From: a virus
Strand: one strand, 5' to 3'
Length of the DNA: 64,000 nt
Virus record (IMG/VR): IMGVR_UViG_3300045988_155520
Span: 1-64,000 of that record
Part shown: piece by piece, positions 33,606 to 42,686 of the stretch
Numbering within the stretch: the stretch's first letter is position 1
Layout: each line of letters begins with the position of its first letter
Position numbers and translations under genes: made by a program
Notes under the pieces: generated by a model
The model's database searches: none
The model's input: the letters and a program-made list of their open reading frames with translations, nothing else
What the model was told of the DNA's origin: nothing

Positions 33606-33956
33606 TTATCGTTCAAAATAATATGTGTATAATCTTTGTATTTTACGTTCAAAGTTCTTTTTGGGAACATTATAAGTTACATGGAACATTGATTTCTTTT
33701 TCTTACTAACTTCATCATAAGGTTCGTCAATCTTTTCCTTTTTCTTTATAACTCCTCTGTTGAGTAACGTATTTTTTAAAACATTTTTATCAATTCCGTT
33801 CTCTTTTAAAACACCTGTTACTTCAGCATTGAATGGGTCTTCAAGTAATTCTTTTAGAAATTTCTTTATATCTCTAAAGAACTCAAAGAAAGTTACTTCT
33901 TTTGTGATACTTTCTTTTAATACTTGTACTTTATTTTGAGGTATATAAATTCTCAT
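33606..33956 (-). CDS. hypothetical protein
   Basis: ATG ORF whose stop abuts the IS right end. Confidence 0.55.
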   Translation of the reverse strand: MRIYIPQNKVQVLKESITKEVTFFEFFRDIKKFLKELLEDPFNAEVTGVLKENGIDKNVLKNTLLNRGVIKKKEKIDEPYDEVSKKKKSMFHVTYNVPKKNFERKIQRLYTYYFER

Positions 33957-34165
33957 TACCTTGATATTGTACTAACCCATGTGCTATTTCTTTGCCATAA
34001 TGTTTTAAATAATTCACTTATAACAGCAGCACTTATTTTTTTAACGGCTTTTTTAAAATCGTTTGAATCTAATGAACCATTAATCTTTTTGTCAATCATA
34101 GAATTAACTTCTGTTTTAGATAGTTCTTCCTGTATGATTTTATGTAACTTTTTATCGCTAATCAT
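33956..34165 (-). CDS. hypothetical protein (69 aa from MISDKKLHKII)
   Basis: The track extension to 34270 runs through an intergenic hairpin, so the internal ATG is preferred. Confidence 0.45.
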   Translation of the reverse strand: MISDKKLHKIIQEELSKTEVNSMIDKKINGSLDSNDFKKAVKKISAAVISELFKTLWQRNSTWVSTISR

Positions 34166-34241
34166 TGTGAAATTTCGTTTTATATAAATATATATAAAAA
34201 TTAAAAACCCCCTTTTATTAAGGAGGTTTTTTGTTATCTTT

Positions 34242-34781
34242 TTACTCGTATTTCGCTTTTTTAGAAGCATTCTTCAACTTTTCCATTAAATCTCCATTTT
34301 GAGTCAAAGAATCTTTCCAATTTGCAAATGCATCACGTATTTTACCAAGTGTTCTTGCATTGGTTTCTGTCAACTGAAGTCCATCTGTCCAAATATAGCA
34401 ACCATCTCCTGACGGGTCATTATATCTAAATTGAAAACGCAAATTCAAAGCACCTATCTCACCGTCCAATGTTAAATCATCAGCATCAGGATAATATTTT
34501 AATGCATCTTCAGAAAGTTTAATATTCTCAGCTATTGTTTTACGTAGAGTTTCTTCTTGCGTAACACGTACATCACCGAATTGTGGGGTAGACTTCTTTA
34601 TCGGGAAACTATTTGCATGTCCTGCATTAGATTTATCCTCGCTCTCTTCAAATAAGGGTTTAGCAGTAGCTCTTTCCTTACGTTCTTCAAACTGGATATC
34701 TTTAATGCGGTTAGTCATTTTTTTAATTATATCCATTTCCATATTTTTAATCGTCATTTTTCTAATTATATCCATTTCCAT
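34242..34781 (-). CDS. hypothetical protein; 5' end carries a 39-nt tandem duplication
   Basis: MEMDIIRKMTIKN / MEMDIIKKMTNRI duplicated start region. Confidence 0.55.
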   Translation of the reverse strand: MEMDIIRKMTIKNMEMDIIKKMTNRIKDIQFEERKERATAKPLFEESEDKSNAGHANSFPIKKSTPQFGDVRVTQEETLRKTIAENIKLSEDALKYYPDADDLTLDGEIGALNLRFQFRYNDPSGDGCYIWTDGLQLTETNARTLGKIRDAFANWKDSLTQNGDLMEKLKNASKKAKYE

Positions 34782-34830
34782 ATTTTTTAAGCATCTGTAC
34801 CCATAACTTTATAAGTTAAAAGTCAGCAAT

Positions 34831-35025
34831 CATTCGAAGAATTAAATTTACTCAAAAGTAGATAAACCACTTCCTATACATTCACTCCTTGTAATTCTTT
34901 TACAAGTTTCTTCGAAACGATAATAATACTTTATTCGCCTTTCAACATTTAAGTTTCTTAGGATAAACAGTACCATTACCAAATTATTTAAAGAGCGATT
35001 CTCGTAACACAGTTACAAGTACTCT
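34831..35025 (-). ncRNA. Unclassified structured RNA candidate, copy B
   Basis: Aligns with 934..1127 and shows compensatory changes. It lies between a 15-bp hairpin and the start of the 34781 gene. Confidence 0.5.
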
Positions 35026-35031
35026 ATTTTC

Positions 35032-35068
35032 ATCTTCAATACATCCCATCTGTGGATGTATTGAAGAT
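35032..35068 (-). terminator. 15-bp perfect hairpin after the 35093 stop (no U-tract)
   Basis: ATCTTCAATACATCC-catctgt-GGATGTATTGAAGAT. Confidence 0.4.
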
Positions 35069-35092
35069 TATCTTTAGTAAAAATGAATATTT

Positions 35093-35482
35093 TTAATAAT
35101 CATATAGCATTCCATTCCACTCTAAAGTCAAACGCTGTCTACGTACAGGTTGTGGCTCTTCCTTAACAACAGTTTCCTCTGGAGTTGTCTCCTCTGTAGA
35201 CTCATTACTTTCCTCTGGAACAGTCTCTTCTGTAACCTCGTTAGTTTCCTCTGTATTTACCTCCTCGGGAACTTCATTAGCTTCCTCTGGTACGGTTTCC
35301 TCTGGTGTTTCGTTACTCTCTTCAGCAACTTCATTTGTTGCCTCAGTTACAGTTTCCTCAGCAACTGTCTCCTCTGGTGTTTCATTTGTTTCTTCTGTAG
35401 CATTTTCGTTAACTACTTCCTCAGTTACATTAACATTATTCTCGTTAAGAACTTCTTCTGTTTTCTTTGTTTTCTTAGCCAT
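35093..35482 (-). CDS. acidic repeat protein (EET/NE repeats)
   Basis: Low-complexity E/T/N/V repeats and a distinct C-terminus RRQRLTLEWNGMLYDY. Confidence 0.55.
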   Translation of the reverse strand: MAKKTKKTEEVLNENNVNVTEEVVNENATEETNETPEETVAEETVTEATNEVAEESNETPEETVPEEANEVPEEVNTEETNEVTEETVPEESNESTEETTPEETVVKEEPQPVRRQRLTLEWNGMLYDY

Positions 35483-35520
35483 TATTATAACTTTTTTATA
35501 TATAAATATTATTTTACTTA

Positions 35521-36246
35521 TTAATTAAATAGGCAAACTGTTTCTGGCATCATCATAACTTCAGTTCTGAGTGTTTTAAAGCATGTAAGCTTAATTTGCC
35601 GTACACGTTCCTTACTTAATTTAAGGTCTTTGCCTATTTCTTCAAGATTTTTTGATTTACCACCATTTAACCCATAATATTGTTCAATAATATATTTTTC
35701 TCGTGGTTCTAATTTAGAGAGTAATTTTGATACTACAATATCTTGGTTAAATTTAATTTCTTTGTTAAATTCATCTTCTTCGTTTGATAAAATAGTTTCA
35801 TTCTTATTAATTATTTCATCTTCCTCGTCAATAATATCATTAGTAGTAACTTCGTCTTTCATAGATTCTTCATCCACGGTATTTACTGAACGACCACAAC
35901 CTTTTGTTTTGATGTATGCTTGTATACCTTGACGAATCCACCAAACGGCATAAGAAATAAATTTAACTTCCTTTGTTAAATCGAATTTTTCAATGGCTTT
36001 AATTAGTCCCATATTTCCTTCTGAGATAAGTTCATTCAATGAAACACCACATCCTTTATAGTTTTTAGCAACATTGAACACAAATCTCAAATTAGATTCA
36101 AGGATTCTATTCTTTGCGGAAATATCTCCTTGCTTTGCCAGTTTCACGAGTTTTCTTTCTTCTTCTCGTGAAACTGGTTTGCATTTCTTTAAACTTTCGT
36201 AGTAATTAATTACTGCTTCGTTGAAATCATTAACATAACTGTTCAT
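35521..36246 (-). CDS. sigma-70-family RNA polymerase sigma factor (second)
   Basis: Region 2: NLRFVFNVAKNY...LISEGNMGLIKAIEKFD...FISYAVWWIRQGI. Region 4: LSKERVRQIKLTCFKTLR. Confidence 0.85.
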   Translation of the reverse strand: MNSYVNDFNEAVINYYESLKKCKPVSREEERKLVKLAKQGDISAKNRILESNLRFVFNVAKNYKGCGVSLNELISEGNMGLIKAIEKFDLTKEVKFISYAVWWIRQGIQAYIKTKGCGRSVNTVDEESMKDEVTTNDIIDEEDEIINKNETILSNEEDEFNKEIKFNQDIVVSKLLSKLEPREKYIIEQYYGLNGGKSKNLEEIGKDLKLSKERVRQIKLTCFKTLRTEVMMMPETVCLFN

Positions 36247-36269
36247 TAAATAGGTTAAACATTAACTTC

Positions 36270-38654
36270 TTATTTCGTTGAGGACGTTACATAAAGTCTA
36301 CTTACATTGTTTTCTTTAACAACAGTAATAGTCGTGTTAGCCCAATCTTTGACTATATCAAGATGTGAAACTGTTATCACGAAATCGTAATCCTCGCAAA
36401 CTTTATTTATAAGTTTATGGATGTTTTCTAAGTTCTCTTTTGCGACACGACCATAGACCTCATCTAAAACTATAAAGTTTGGTTTTGGCATTGTTGACAA
36501 ACTACCAAGAACGGCTCTTAAAGCCATAGATGAAGCTGTCTTTTCAAAACCAGACCCACTTGCCAAATCTGATTTCACATTATCTTTAATCATACAGAAA
36601 TTAATGTCATTCTTCTCATTTATTTCAACAACAACATCAAAATCACATACGTCAGATAATAGCATATTAATTTTGGCATTTATAATAGGTAAAACATCAC
36701 GCAATACCATTTTTGAAATACCATCTTTTCCAACAAGTTGAAGATATATTTTCCAGTTACGTAAATTAATATCTTCTTCTTCTAACTGTTTAATAAGATT
36801 TTTTCTCTGAACAATTTCATCAGCATCTCTCTTTATAGTAGCTTCATTACTTGTTAACTGCCAATTATTGTTTTCCTTTTCTTGGCGTTTAGCTTTGATA
36901 TGCTGTTCAGTATTTCTTATCTCAATATCCAGTTTGTTGTTTTTATCAATTGCTTCACTATTTTTGTTATAATTATCAAGAATATTCTTTTTTTCTATCA
37001 AATCACTTCTGAGATTACTAAGATTTACCTCTATTGCACTCTTTTTTACATTAAGTTCATTTCTTTTGTTATAAAGGTCTCTCTTCGTCTTTAATGACTC
37101 AATCTTAGTATTATACTCTTCGATTAGTGCAGCACTTTTCTTACCTTTTTCGATTAGTATTTTCTCTTCGTCTTGAAGTTCTTTGATTTTAGCTGAGTTA
37201 TCAATGTTATCAAATTTCTTACCGCAAGTAGGGCAAAATTCTGATTTTTGAAGGTGTTCAATATTATGTTTAATATTCTTATATTGTTCACTAATTATTC
37301 CTTTTTGAGAGATTTCATTAGTTCTCTTCTCAATCAATTCATCATATTCATTAATTGAAAACTCTATTTCTCCGATAGATTTAATTTCATTTTCAATTTC
37401 AATAAGATTACTTTTCTTCTCTTTTCCCTTTTTGGTAATTTCTTCTAACTGATATTTTAGAGTAATAATATCAACGTTAATCAAGTTGGTATCAATACTT
37501 TGTTTTGATTGAAGAAGATTGTTTTTACTTTTTTCAAGGTTTTCTATTTCTTCTTCTACCTTTTTGTTGGCATTTTTTATTTCTTTATTTTTAGATGTAA
37601 GATTCTTGATTTCCAAATCAAAAGCATCACATTCTAACTTTAAAGTTTCTCTATTATATCTATTTGATAGTAGGAATGGCTTAATATCACTATTAAACTT
37701 TTCTCTTGCCAATCTATCTTTTTCTTCCAGAGGTAAAAGACCTATCCACCTTGATAATAATCTTCCTCGTTCAGTTTCTTTCTTCTTAATCAAGTCGTCC
37801 AGATTTGACTCTGTAACAGAAATAATTAAATCAAAATCATCTTCTCTACCGATGGCTTCTTTAATAGCTTTATTTGTTTGAATGCTATTCTCTTCCTGTT
37901 CATTGTCAACGTACTCTGTTAACTCTTCCTTGTTTGTTCCAATGATTCTGTAATAGTCTACCTTTTGAGTAACCTTACTCTTGGCTGTTCTCTTTTCTAA
38001 CGCAGGTCTGCTTAATGTACGCTTTATAACATAATCTTCGCCATCTATATTTAAACAACCCTCTACAACAACATTAGTTTCTTTAGATAGATGTTTATTG
38101 AAGATAAGGTTCTGTGTTGGGACTTTCTCTGTCTTACCAAATAAAAGAAAATGAAGCAAGTCAATAGCAAATGTAGTCTTGCCACTCTGATTTGCTGGTT
38201 CACCATTAAGAAGTACAATATCCTTCATTGAAGTGAAATCAAAGTAATTATCTTCTCCATATGACAAGAAATTACTCCATCTAATCCATTTTACAGAATA
38301 TCTCTTATACTTATCATAAACATTATAATCTATGTTCGTATTAATATCAGCATCAATCTTTCTGATTAAATCAAAATCATAACCATTAATTTTATTGATA
38401 TTAAGATATTTTTTGAATAATTCTACTTGGAATGATGGATTTTGAATATTTTGAATCACATCATTTGTAAGACTAATCTTTTTACCACTTTCATCTAACA
38501 TGATGTAATTTGGTAAAACTTTGATTTTATCCTTTGGGATTCCATATTTTTTACTTGCTTTAGCAATAATATTATTCTCCATTTCTGGTGAATAATCATA
38601 TGGACTAACCCTCCAATGAATCTGTACTTTTGCGTTCTTATTGACTTTCATCAT
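36270..38654 (-). CDS. sbcC: SbcC/Rad50-like (T4 gp46-like) recombination ATPase
   Basis: Walker A GEPANQSGKTT, long coiled coil with a CPTC zinc hook, signature-like SGSGFEK, and Walker B FIVLDEV. Confidence 0.85.
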   Translation of the reverse strand: MMKVNKNAKVQIHWRVSPYDYSPEMENNIIAKASKKYGIPKDKIKVLPNYIMLDESGKKISLTNDVIQNIQNPSFQVELFKKYLNINKINGYDFDLIRKIDADINTNIDYNVYDKYKRYSVKWIRWSNFLSYGEDNYFDFTSMKDIVLLNGEPANQSGKTTFAIDLLHFLLFGKTEKVPTQNLIFNKHLSKETNVVVEGCLNIDGEDYVIKRTLSRPALEKRTAKSKVTQKVDYYRIIGTNKEELTEYVDNEQEENSIQTNKAIKEAIGREDDFDLIISVTESNLDDLIKKKETERGRLLSRWIGLLPLEEKDRLAREKFNSDIKPFLLSNRYNRETLKLECDAFDLEIKNLTSKNKEIKNANKKVEEEIENLEKSKNNLLQSKQSIDTNLINVDIITLKYQLEEITKKGKEKKSNLIEIENEIKSIGEIEFSINEYDELIEKRTNEISQKGIISEQYKNIKHNIEHLQKSEFCPTCGKKFDNIDNSAKIKELQDEEKILIEKGKKSAALIEEYNTKIESLKTKRDLYNKRNELNVKKSAIEVNLSNLRSDLIEKKNILDNYNKNSEAIDKNNKLDIEIRNTEQHIKAKRQEKENNNWQLTSNEATIKRDADEIVQRKNLIKQLEEEDINLRNWKIYLQLVGKDGISKMVLRDVLPIINAKINMLLSDVCDFDVVVEINEKNDINFCMIKDNVKSDLASGSGFEKTASSMALRAVLGSLSTMPKPNFIVLDEVYGRVAKENLENIHKLINKVCEDYDFVITVSHLDIVKDWANTTITVVKENNVSRLYVTSSTK

Positions 38655-38973
38655 TTTTCTTTCTCTTAATAATTCGCACTTTACGTCTAACTACTTTTTT
38701 GTCTGCTTCCCCATTCTTTCCATCACTTTTCTTCTCATTATCTGAGCATCCTTTGTCAATGGTGTGAAGTTCTTTGTCTTCGTTAGGAGAATCTCTCTTT
38801 CTGTTTTCTGTTCCATAGATATTCTTCTCAATTTTATAATTATCAATTGGAGATGTACCGTATTTTAGTATATCAAAACCTTTACGTAAGCAAGCATTAA
38901 TCTGCTTCTCAACGTCTTCAATATCGTTTAGATAACAAAATTCTGTAATCTCTTTAATTAATTTATCATCCAT
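38638..38973 (-). CDS. hypothetical protein
   Basis: ATG ORF with a -7 box 8 nt upstream. Confidence 0.5.
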   Translation of the reverse strand: MDDKLIKEITEFCYLNDIEDVEKQINACLRKGFDILKYGTSPIDNYKIEKNIYGTENRKRDSPNEDKELHTIDKGCSDNEKKSDGKNGEADKKVVRRKVRIIKRKKNDESQ

Positions 38974-38981
38974 ATTTTTTG

Positions 38982-38989
38982 CAAAGATA
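38982..38989 (-). promoter_or_regulatory. -7 promoter box (near-leaderless)
   Basis: RC TATCTTTG, 8 nt from the ATG at 38973. Confidence 0.5.
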
Positions 38990-39138
38990 CAAAATTTTAA
39001 TTTAAAAACAAAATATTTTATAAATAATATTTATATATTATATTAATTAATATATATTTTATATATAATAAATTATAATATTATATTCTAGATTATATAT
39101 CTAGTATATATAATATATTAATATATATAATATAATAT
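38990..39138. other. Nearly pure A/T palindrome-rich block between divergent genes (candidate unwinding element or origin)
   Basis: About 150 nt with only a handful of G/C. Perfect palindrome TATATTAATTAATATA and inverted repeat CTAGAttatataTCTAG. Confidence 0.4.
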
Positions 39139-39900
39139 ATGGACAAAACAGGAAATAAAATAGCTATGGGATTAGATGTTTCAACATCAACCATAGGTGT
39201 GTGTATTGTACTTGACGATGGCTCTGATTATGGAAAAATTTTAGAACTGACTCATATTAGTCCTAAAATTTCAAGTAAAATTAAAGGAATTGAATCATTA
39301 TTTATCAAGAAAAAGATTTTTGAAGAATTTATTGTAAAATTTAAAGATTTTGGTATTGATGAAGTTGTTATAGAAGAACCTCTATTGAGAAGTAATAACG
39401 TTAATACTGTCGGTACGCTGTTACGTTTCAATGGAATGATTTCAGACTGTGTATACAATATCTTGGGTATAGTCCCACACTATATTTCTTCTTATGATGC
39501 AAGAAAGTATTCTTTCCCAACTCTTATGAGTATAAGAAAGTATGGAAAAGATGAAAAACAATATGATTATAAAAAAATAAAAAAAGAAATCCAACAGTGT
39601 AAGATGGTCCTTTTTGGTGATTATCCATGGACTATTGATAAGAAAACTGTTATTCAAGGCAATGTATCTGAACTTTTCCCAGATGTACCTTGGATTTATA
39701 ATAAAAAGGGAGAATTAAAGAAAGAAAACTTTGATGCATCCGATGCTTACGTAGCTTGTCTTGGTTATTTAAATAAAGAGAAATACGGAGAATTGGATAT
39801 GAGGGTTGAAAATATCCAAGAAATAGATAAGGGCATTAAATATGATGTAGTTTATTGGAATAAACGTTTATCCAGAATTACATATTGTGATAAAAAATAA
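39139..39900 (+). CDS. RuvC-like Holliday-junction resolvase
   Basis: MGLDVSTSTIGVCIV (D), VIEEPL (E), FDASDAYVA (D..D), in the order typical of the RuvC fold. Confidence 0.65.
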   Translation: MDKTGNKIAMGLDVSTSTIGVCIVLDDGSDYGKILELTHISPKISSKIKGIESLFIKKKIFEEFIVKFKDFGIDEVVIEEPLLRSNNVNTVGTLLRFNGMISDCVYNILGIVPHYISSYDARKYSFPTLMSIRKYGKDEKQYDYKKIKKEIQQCKMVLFGDYPWTIDKKTVIQGNVSELFPDVPWIYNKKGELKKENFDASDAYVACLGYLNKEKYGELDMRVENIQEIDKGIKYDVVYWNKRLSRITYCDKK

Positions 39901-39901
39901 A

Positions 39902-39927
39902 AGAGAACATTTTGTGTTCTCTTTTTT
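39902..39927. terminator. bidirectional terminator
   Basis: AGAGAACA-ttttg-TGTTCTCT followed by TTTTT. Confidence 0.5.
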
Positions 39928-39928
39928 G

Positions 39929-40195
39929 TTAATAGTGATATATATCTTTTTTTAATTCATCGTTATGTTCATCGGTCTTCAAGAATTGTTTAACAGATTC
40001 CTTTTCTTTATTATTTTCAAAATTTGCTTTATTATTATAATCTTTATCGCCTGCTATCGCACTATTGATTTTAGTAATATCATAATAAGCACCTACAGCG
40101 TAATGACCGTTAGCACCATATGCTACTGCTTCTTCATCAATATTTTGTACCATAGCACGATATAAATCATTTTCTTTGTATATTCTCTTACCCAT
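39929..40195 (-). CDS. hypothetical protein
   Basis: ATG ORF. Confidence 0.5.
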   Translation of the reverse strand: MGKRIYKENDLYRAMVQNIDEEAVAYGANGHYAVGAYYDITKINSAIAGDKDYNNKANFENNKEKESVKQFLKTDEHNDELKKDIYHY

Positions 40196-40257
40196 AATGT
40201 TTTTTGAAATTTAACAATAAATAGTATTTCAAATTTGTTTATTCAACTAAAATATTG

Positions 40258-40265
40258 TATTTTTG
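40258..40265 (+). promoter_or_regulatory. -7 promoter box
   Basis: TATTTTTG, 13 nt before the ATG at 40279. Confidence 0.45.
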
Positions 40266-40278
40266 CGCCAAAAAATAT

Positions 40279-41292
40279 ATGCTACCAGAATTATACGATA
40301 TATATCATATTCTTTCATCTTTCCTCGGAGAGTGTAAAAATGGATTTGATGGGGATAATATGCAATTACAATTCCCTTGCCCTCGTTGTATAGAACGAGA
40401 TGGTAATGGCGAGATTGCAAAACATAATTTAGAGGTTAATCTTCAAAAACAAGTCTTTCAATGTTGGAAGTGTGCTTCTCAAGATGAAGATATGAAAGGC
40501 TCTATCGTAAAGCTTATAAAGTTGTATGGAAACGAAGTTATCTTAAAAGATTATAAGCGTGCTATCAATTCTCTTAGAGAGAGCCGAATGTATCGCTTGA
40601 ACTATAATGAGGATGATTTCAATATTAAGGATAAATCAGATGAAAATAAAGAATTATCATTACCATCAACATTTCGTCCTCTAATAAAAGATAAGTGGTA
40701 TCCTCCTGCAGTTATTGATTATCTTTCAAAAAGAAATATTAAATGGGATATAATTGAAAAATATCATATCGGGTTTAGCCAATATGAAAAAGATAATTGG
40801 CTTATGAGTAATCGAATTATCATACCGTCTTATGATAAGTATGGAGAATTGAATTACTGGGCAGGACGTGATTATACAAATAAACCTAATAAGCAAAAAT
40901 ATTATAATCCTAAAGTAGATAGAAAGAGTATTATATTCAATGAGGAACTTATTCAATGGGATGCTGATATAACGCTTGTAGAAGGTCCTTTTGACCATAT
41001 AGTAGTACCAAACTCCATTCCTTTACTTGGAAAGGCATTAAACGAAAACTTTGACTTGTATTGGGAGATAATTAAACACGCTAAAGGTAATATTAATATA
41101 TTCCTTGATGGAGATGCATTTGAGACTGTTCAAAAACTTTACTCTACTCTTAATCACGGACGACTATATAATAAAATACGTTATATACCAACTCAAGGCA
41201 TTTATGACCCCTCTTTAATATACCAATTAGGTGGAGAGAAAGCAATCATACAATATTTAAGAGCAGCTACAAAATTAAGAGAGAATATATGA
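40279..41292 (+). CDS. DNA primase (zinc finger plus Toprim, T7 gp4 N-terminal type)
   Basis: CPRC...CWKC zinc ribbon. Toprim motifs LVEGPFDH and IFLDGD. The track start at 40255 is a TTG. Confidence 0.7.
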   Translation: MLPELYDIYHILSSFLGECKNGFDGDNMQLQFPCPRCIERDGNGEIAKHNLEVNLQKQVFQCWKCASQDEDMKGSIVKLIKLYGNEVILKDYKRAINSLRESRMYRLNYNEDDFNIKDKSDENKELSLPSTFRPLIKDKWYPPAVIDYLSKRNIKWDIIEKYHIGFSQYEKDNWLMSNRIIIPSYDKYGELNYWAGRDYTNKPNKQKYYNPKVDRKSIIFNEELIQWDADITLVEGPFDHIVVPNSIPLLGKALNENFDLYWEIIKHAKGNINIFLDGDAFETVQKLYSTLNHGRLYNKIRYIPTQGIYDPSLIYQLGGEKAIIQYLRAATKLRENI

Positions 41293-41322
41293 AAAATGAG
41301 AGCATTTGCTCTCATTTTTTTT
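41292..41322. terminator. bidirectional terminator
   Basis: ATGAGAGC-attt-GCTCTCAT flanked by an A-run and a T-run. Confidence 0.5.
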
Positions 41323-41785
41323 ACACAATTTGAATTGTTATTTTTTCACCTTTAGAACTTGCTTTCTTAAGTATCGGGTAAAGTTTCTCAAATGCTTTTT
41401 TGCTTTCTATCACTTTACCAACAACTTTATTATAGCCAACTATAATACAACCATATGAATCATTCTCATCATTACCTGTGTGTATTAAAACACCATCAAA
41501 CCCAGGTACATTTAATAGACGTGGTACTTTACCGTCACACAATGCTTTAAAATATGGTTTCTGACCGAATTTAGTGCTAACTACATTAAGTGTTACATCA
41601 TAAGTACCTGACGGTATAGCTGTCTGTCCATAAACTTTCTTTTTCTTAATTTCGCTTAATGGTGTATTCTGTGTTAAACCTCTATCTTTATCTTCTATTG
41701 TGTCACATACATAAACATCATCAACATACAATTTTCCAATTGTATACTTTTCCTTTTTACCTACTCTTTTTACTAAAATCTTCAT
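41321..41785 (-). CDS. DUF5675-like protein
   Basis: TIGKLYVDD...AIPSGTYDVTLN...LLNVPGFDGVLIHTGN...SYGCIIVG fits the DUF5675 pattern as I recall it. Confidence 0.55.
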   Translation of the reverse strand: MKILVKRVGKKEKYTIGKLYVDDVYVCDTIEDKDRGLTQNTPLSEIKKKKVYGQTAIPSGTYDVTLNVVSTKFGQKPYFKALCDGKVPRLLNVPGFDGVLIHTGNDENDSYGCIIVGYNKVVGKVIESKKAFEKLYPILKKASSKGEKITIQIV

Positions 41786-41839
41786 TGTATTTTTTTTATA
41801 ATAAATACTAAATTATTTGTTTAATAAAATTTTTTTTTG

Positions 41840-41847
41840 TATTTTTG
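41840..41847 (+). promoter_or_regulatory. -7 promoter box
   Basis: TATTTTTG, 23 nt before the ATG at 41871. Confidence 0.45.
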
Positions 41848-41870
41848 CCAAAATTAAAAACGTATATAGT

Positions 41871-42686
41871 ATGATTAAATGTGTTATTCACACCGCAGAT
41901 ATTCACATACGCAATGTGATGCGCCATGAAGAATATTCTGAACAACTTATGAGATTCATTGAGAAAAGTAAAGAAATAGCTTCTAATTACGATAAAGATG
42001 AAGTTAGAATTGTAATAGCTGGTGATTTGGTACATCAGAAAAATAACATCAGTAATGAGTTGTTTAGTTTTACAAGTACATTCATTAGAGCACTTGAAGA
42101 AATTGCTAAAGTTATTGTTATAAGCGGTAATCACGACTTAGTTGTTAATAACATTAATAGAGAAGACACTATGTCCGCTTTATTTACCACAGCATGTTTC
42201 CAAAATACTATTTTTCTTGATAGAGAATTAGATTATTGTAGTGGGGTATATAAAGATGATAATATCTTATGGGCATTATATTCTATATATTCCGATTATT
42301 CAAAACCTGAAATACCCAAAGATGTTAAAGATTTAAAGGTTATTGGTTTGTACCACGGAACTGTAGTTGGCAGTCAAACTAATAGTGGTAGAATTATGGA
42401 AATCGGAAACGATGGTGATATCTTCTCTACATGTGATGCTGTAATGGCTGGACACATCCACATGAGACAAGTTCTAAAGAGGAAGAATACTGAAATTGTC
42501 TACCCTGGTTCATTAATACAGCAGGACTACGGAGAAACAATTAGTAAGCATGGTTTTGCGGTATGGGAAATAGAGAAAATGACACATAAGTTTGTTAATG
42601 TTGATACAGATTATGGTTTCTATAAAATAGAAATTAATAATATACAAGATTTGGATGAAGACAAAGAAACACTGGTTAACCAATAA
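41871..42686 (+). CDS. sbcD: SbcD/Mre11-like (T4 gp47-like) nuclease
   Basis: Phosphoesterase motifs HTADIH, AGDLVH, SGNHD and MAGHIH. The start is at MIKCVIH. Confidence 0.85.
   Translation: MIKCVIHTADIHIRNVMRHEEYSEQLMRFIEKSKEIASNYDKDEVRIVIAGDLVHQKNNISNELFSFTSTFIRALEEIAKVIVISGNHDLVVNNINREDTMSALFTTACFQNTIFLDRELDYCSGVYKDDNILWALYSIYSDYSKPEIPKDVKDLKVIGLYHGTVVGSQTNSGRIMEIGNDGDIFSTCDAVMAGHIHMRQVLKRKNTEIVYPGSLIQQDYGETISKHGFAVWEIEKMTHKFVNVDTDYGFYKIEINNIQDLDEDKETLVNQ

Larger units (their letters stand above)
32345..33610 (+). mobile_element. IS200/IS605-family tnpB-only element with both subterminal hairpins
   Basis: Left hairpin CCCAAAAG-tctttag-ATTTTGGG (32347..32369). Right hairpin CCGCAAA-tctttag-TTTGTGG (33580..33600). 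No tnpA. Confidence 0.7.

Noticed and set aside
35032-35068. Canonical rho-independent terminator
   Set aside because: It has a perfect 15-bp stem but no U-tract on either strand. I kept it only as a hairpin or possible processing site.
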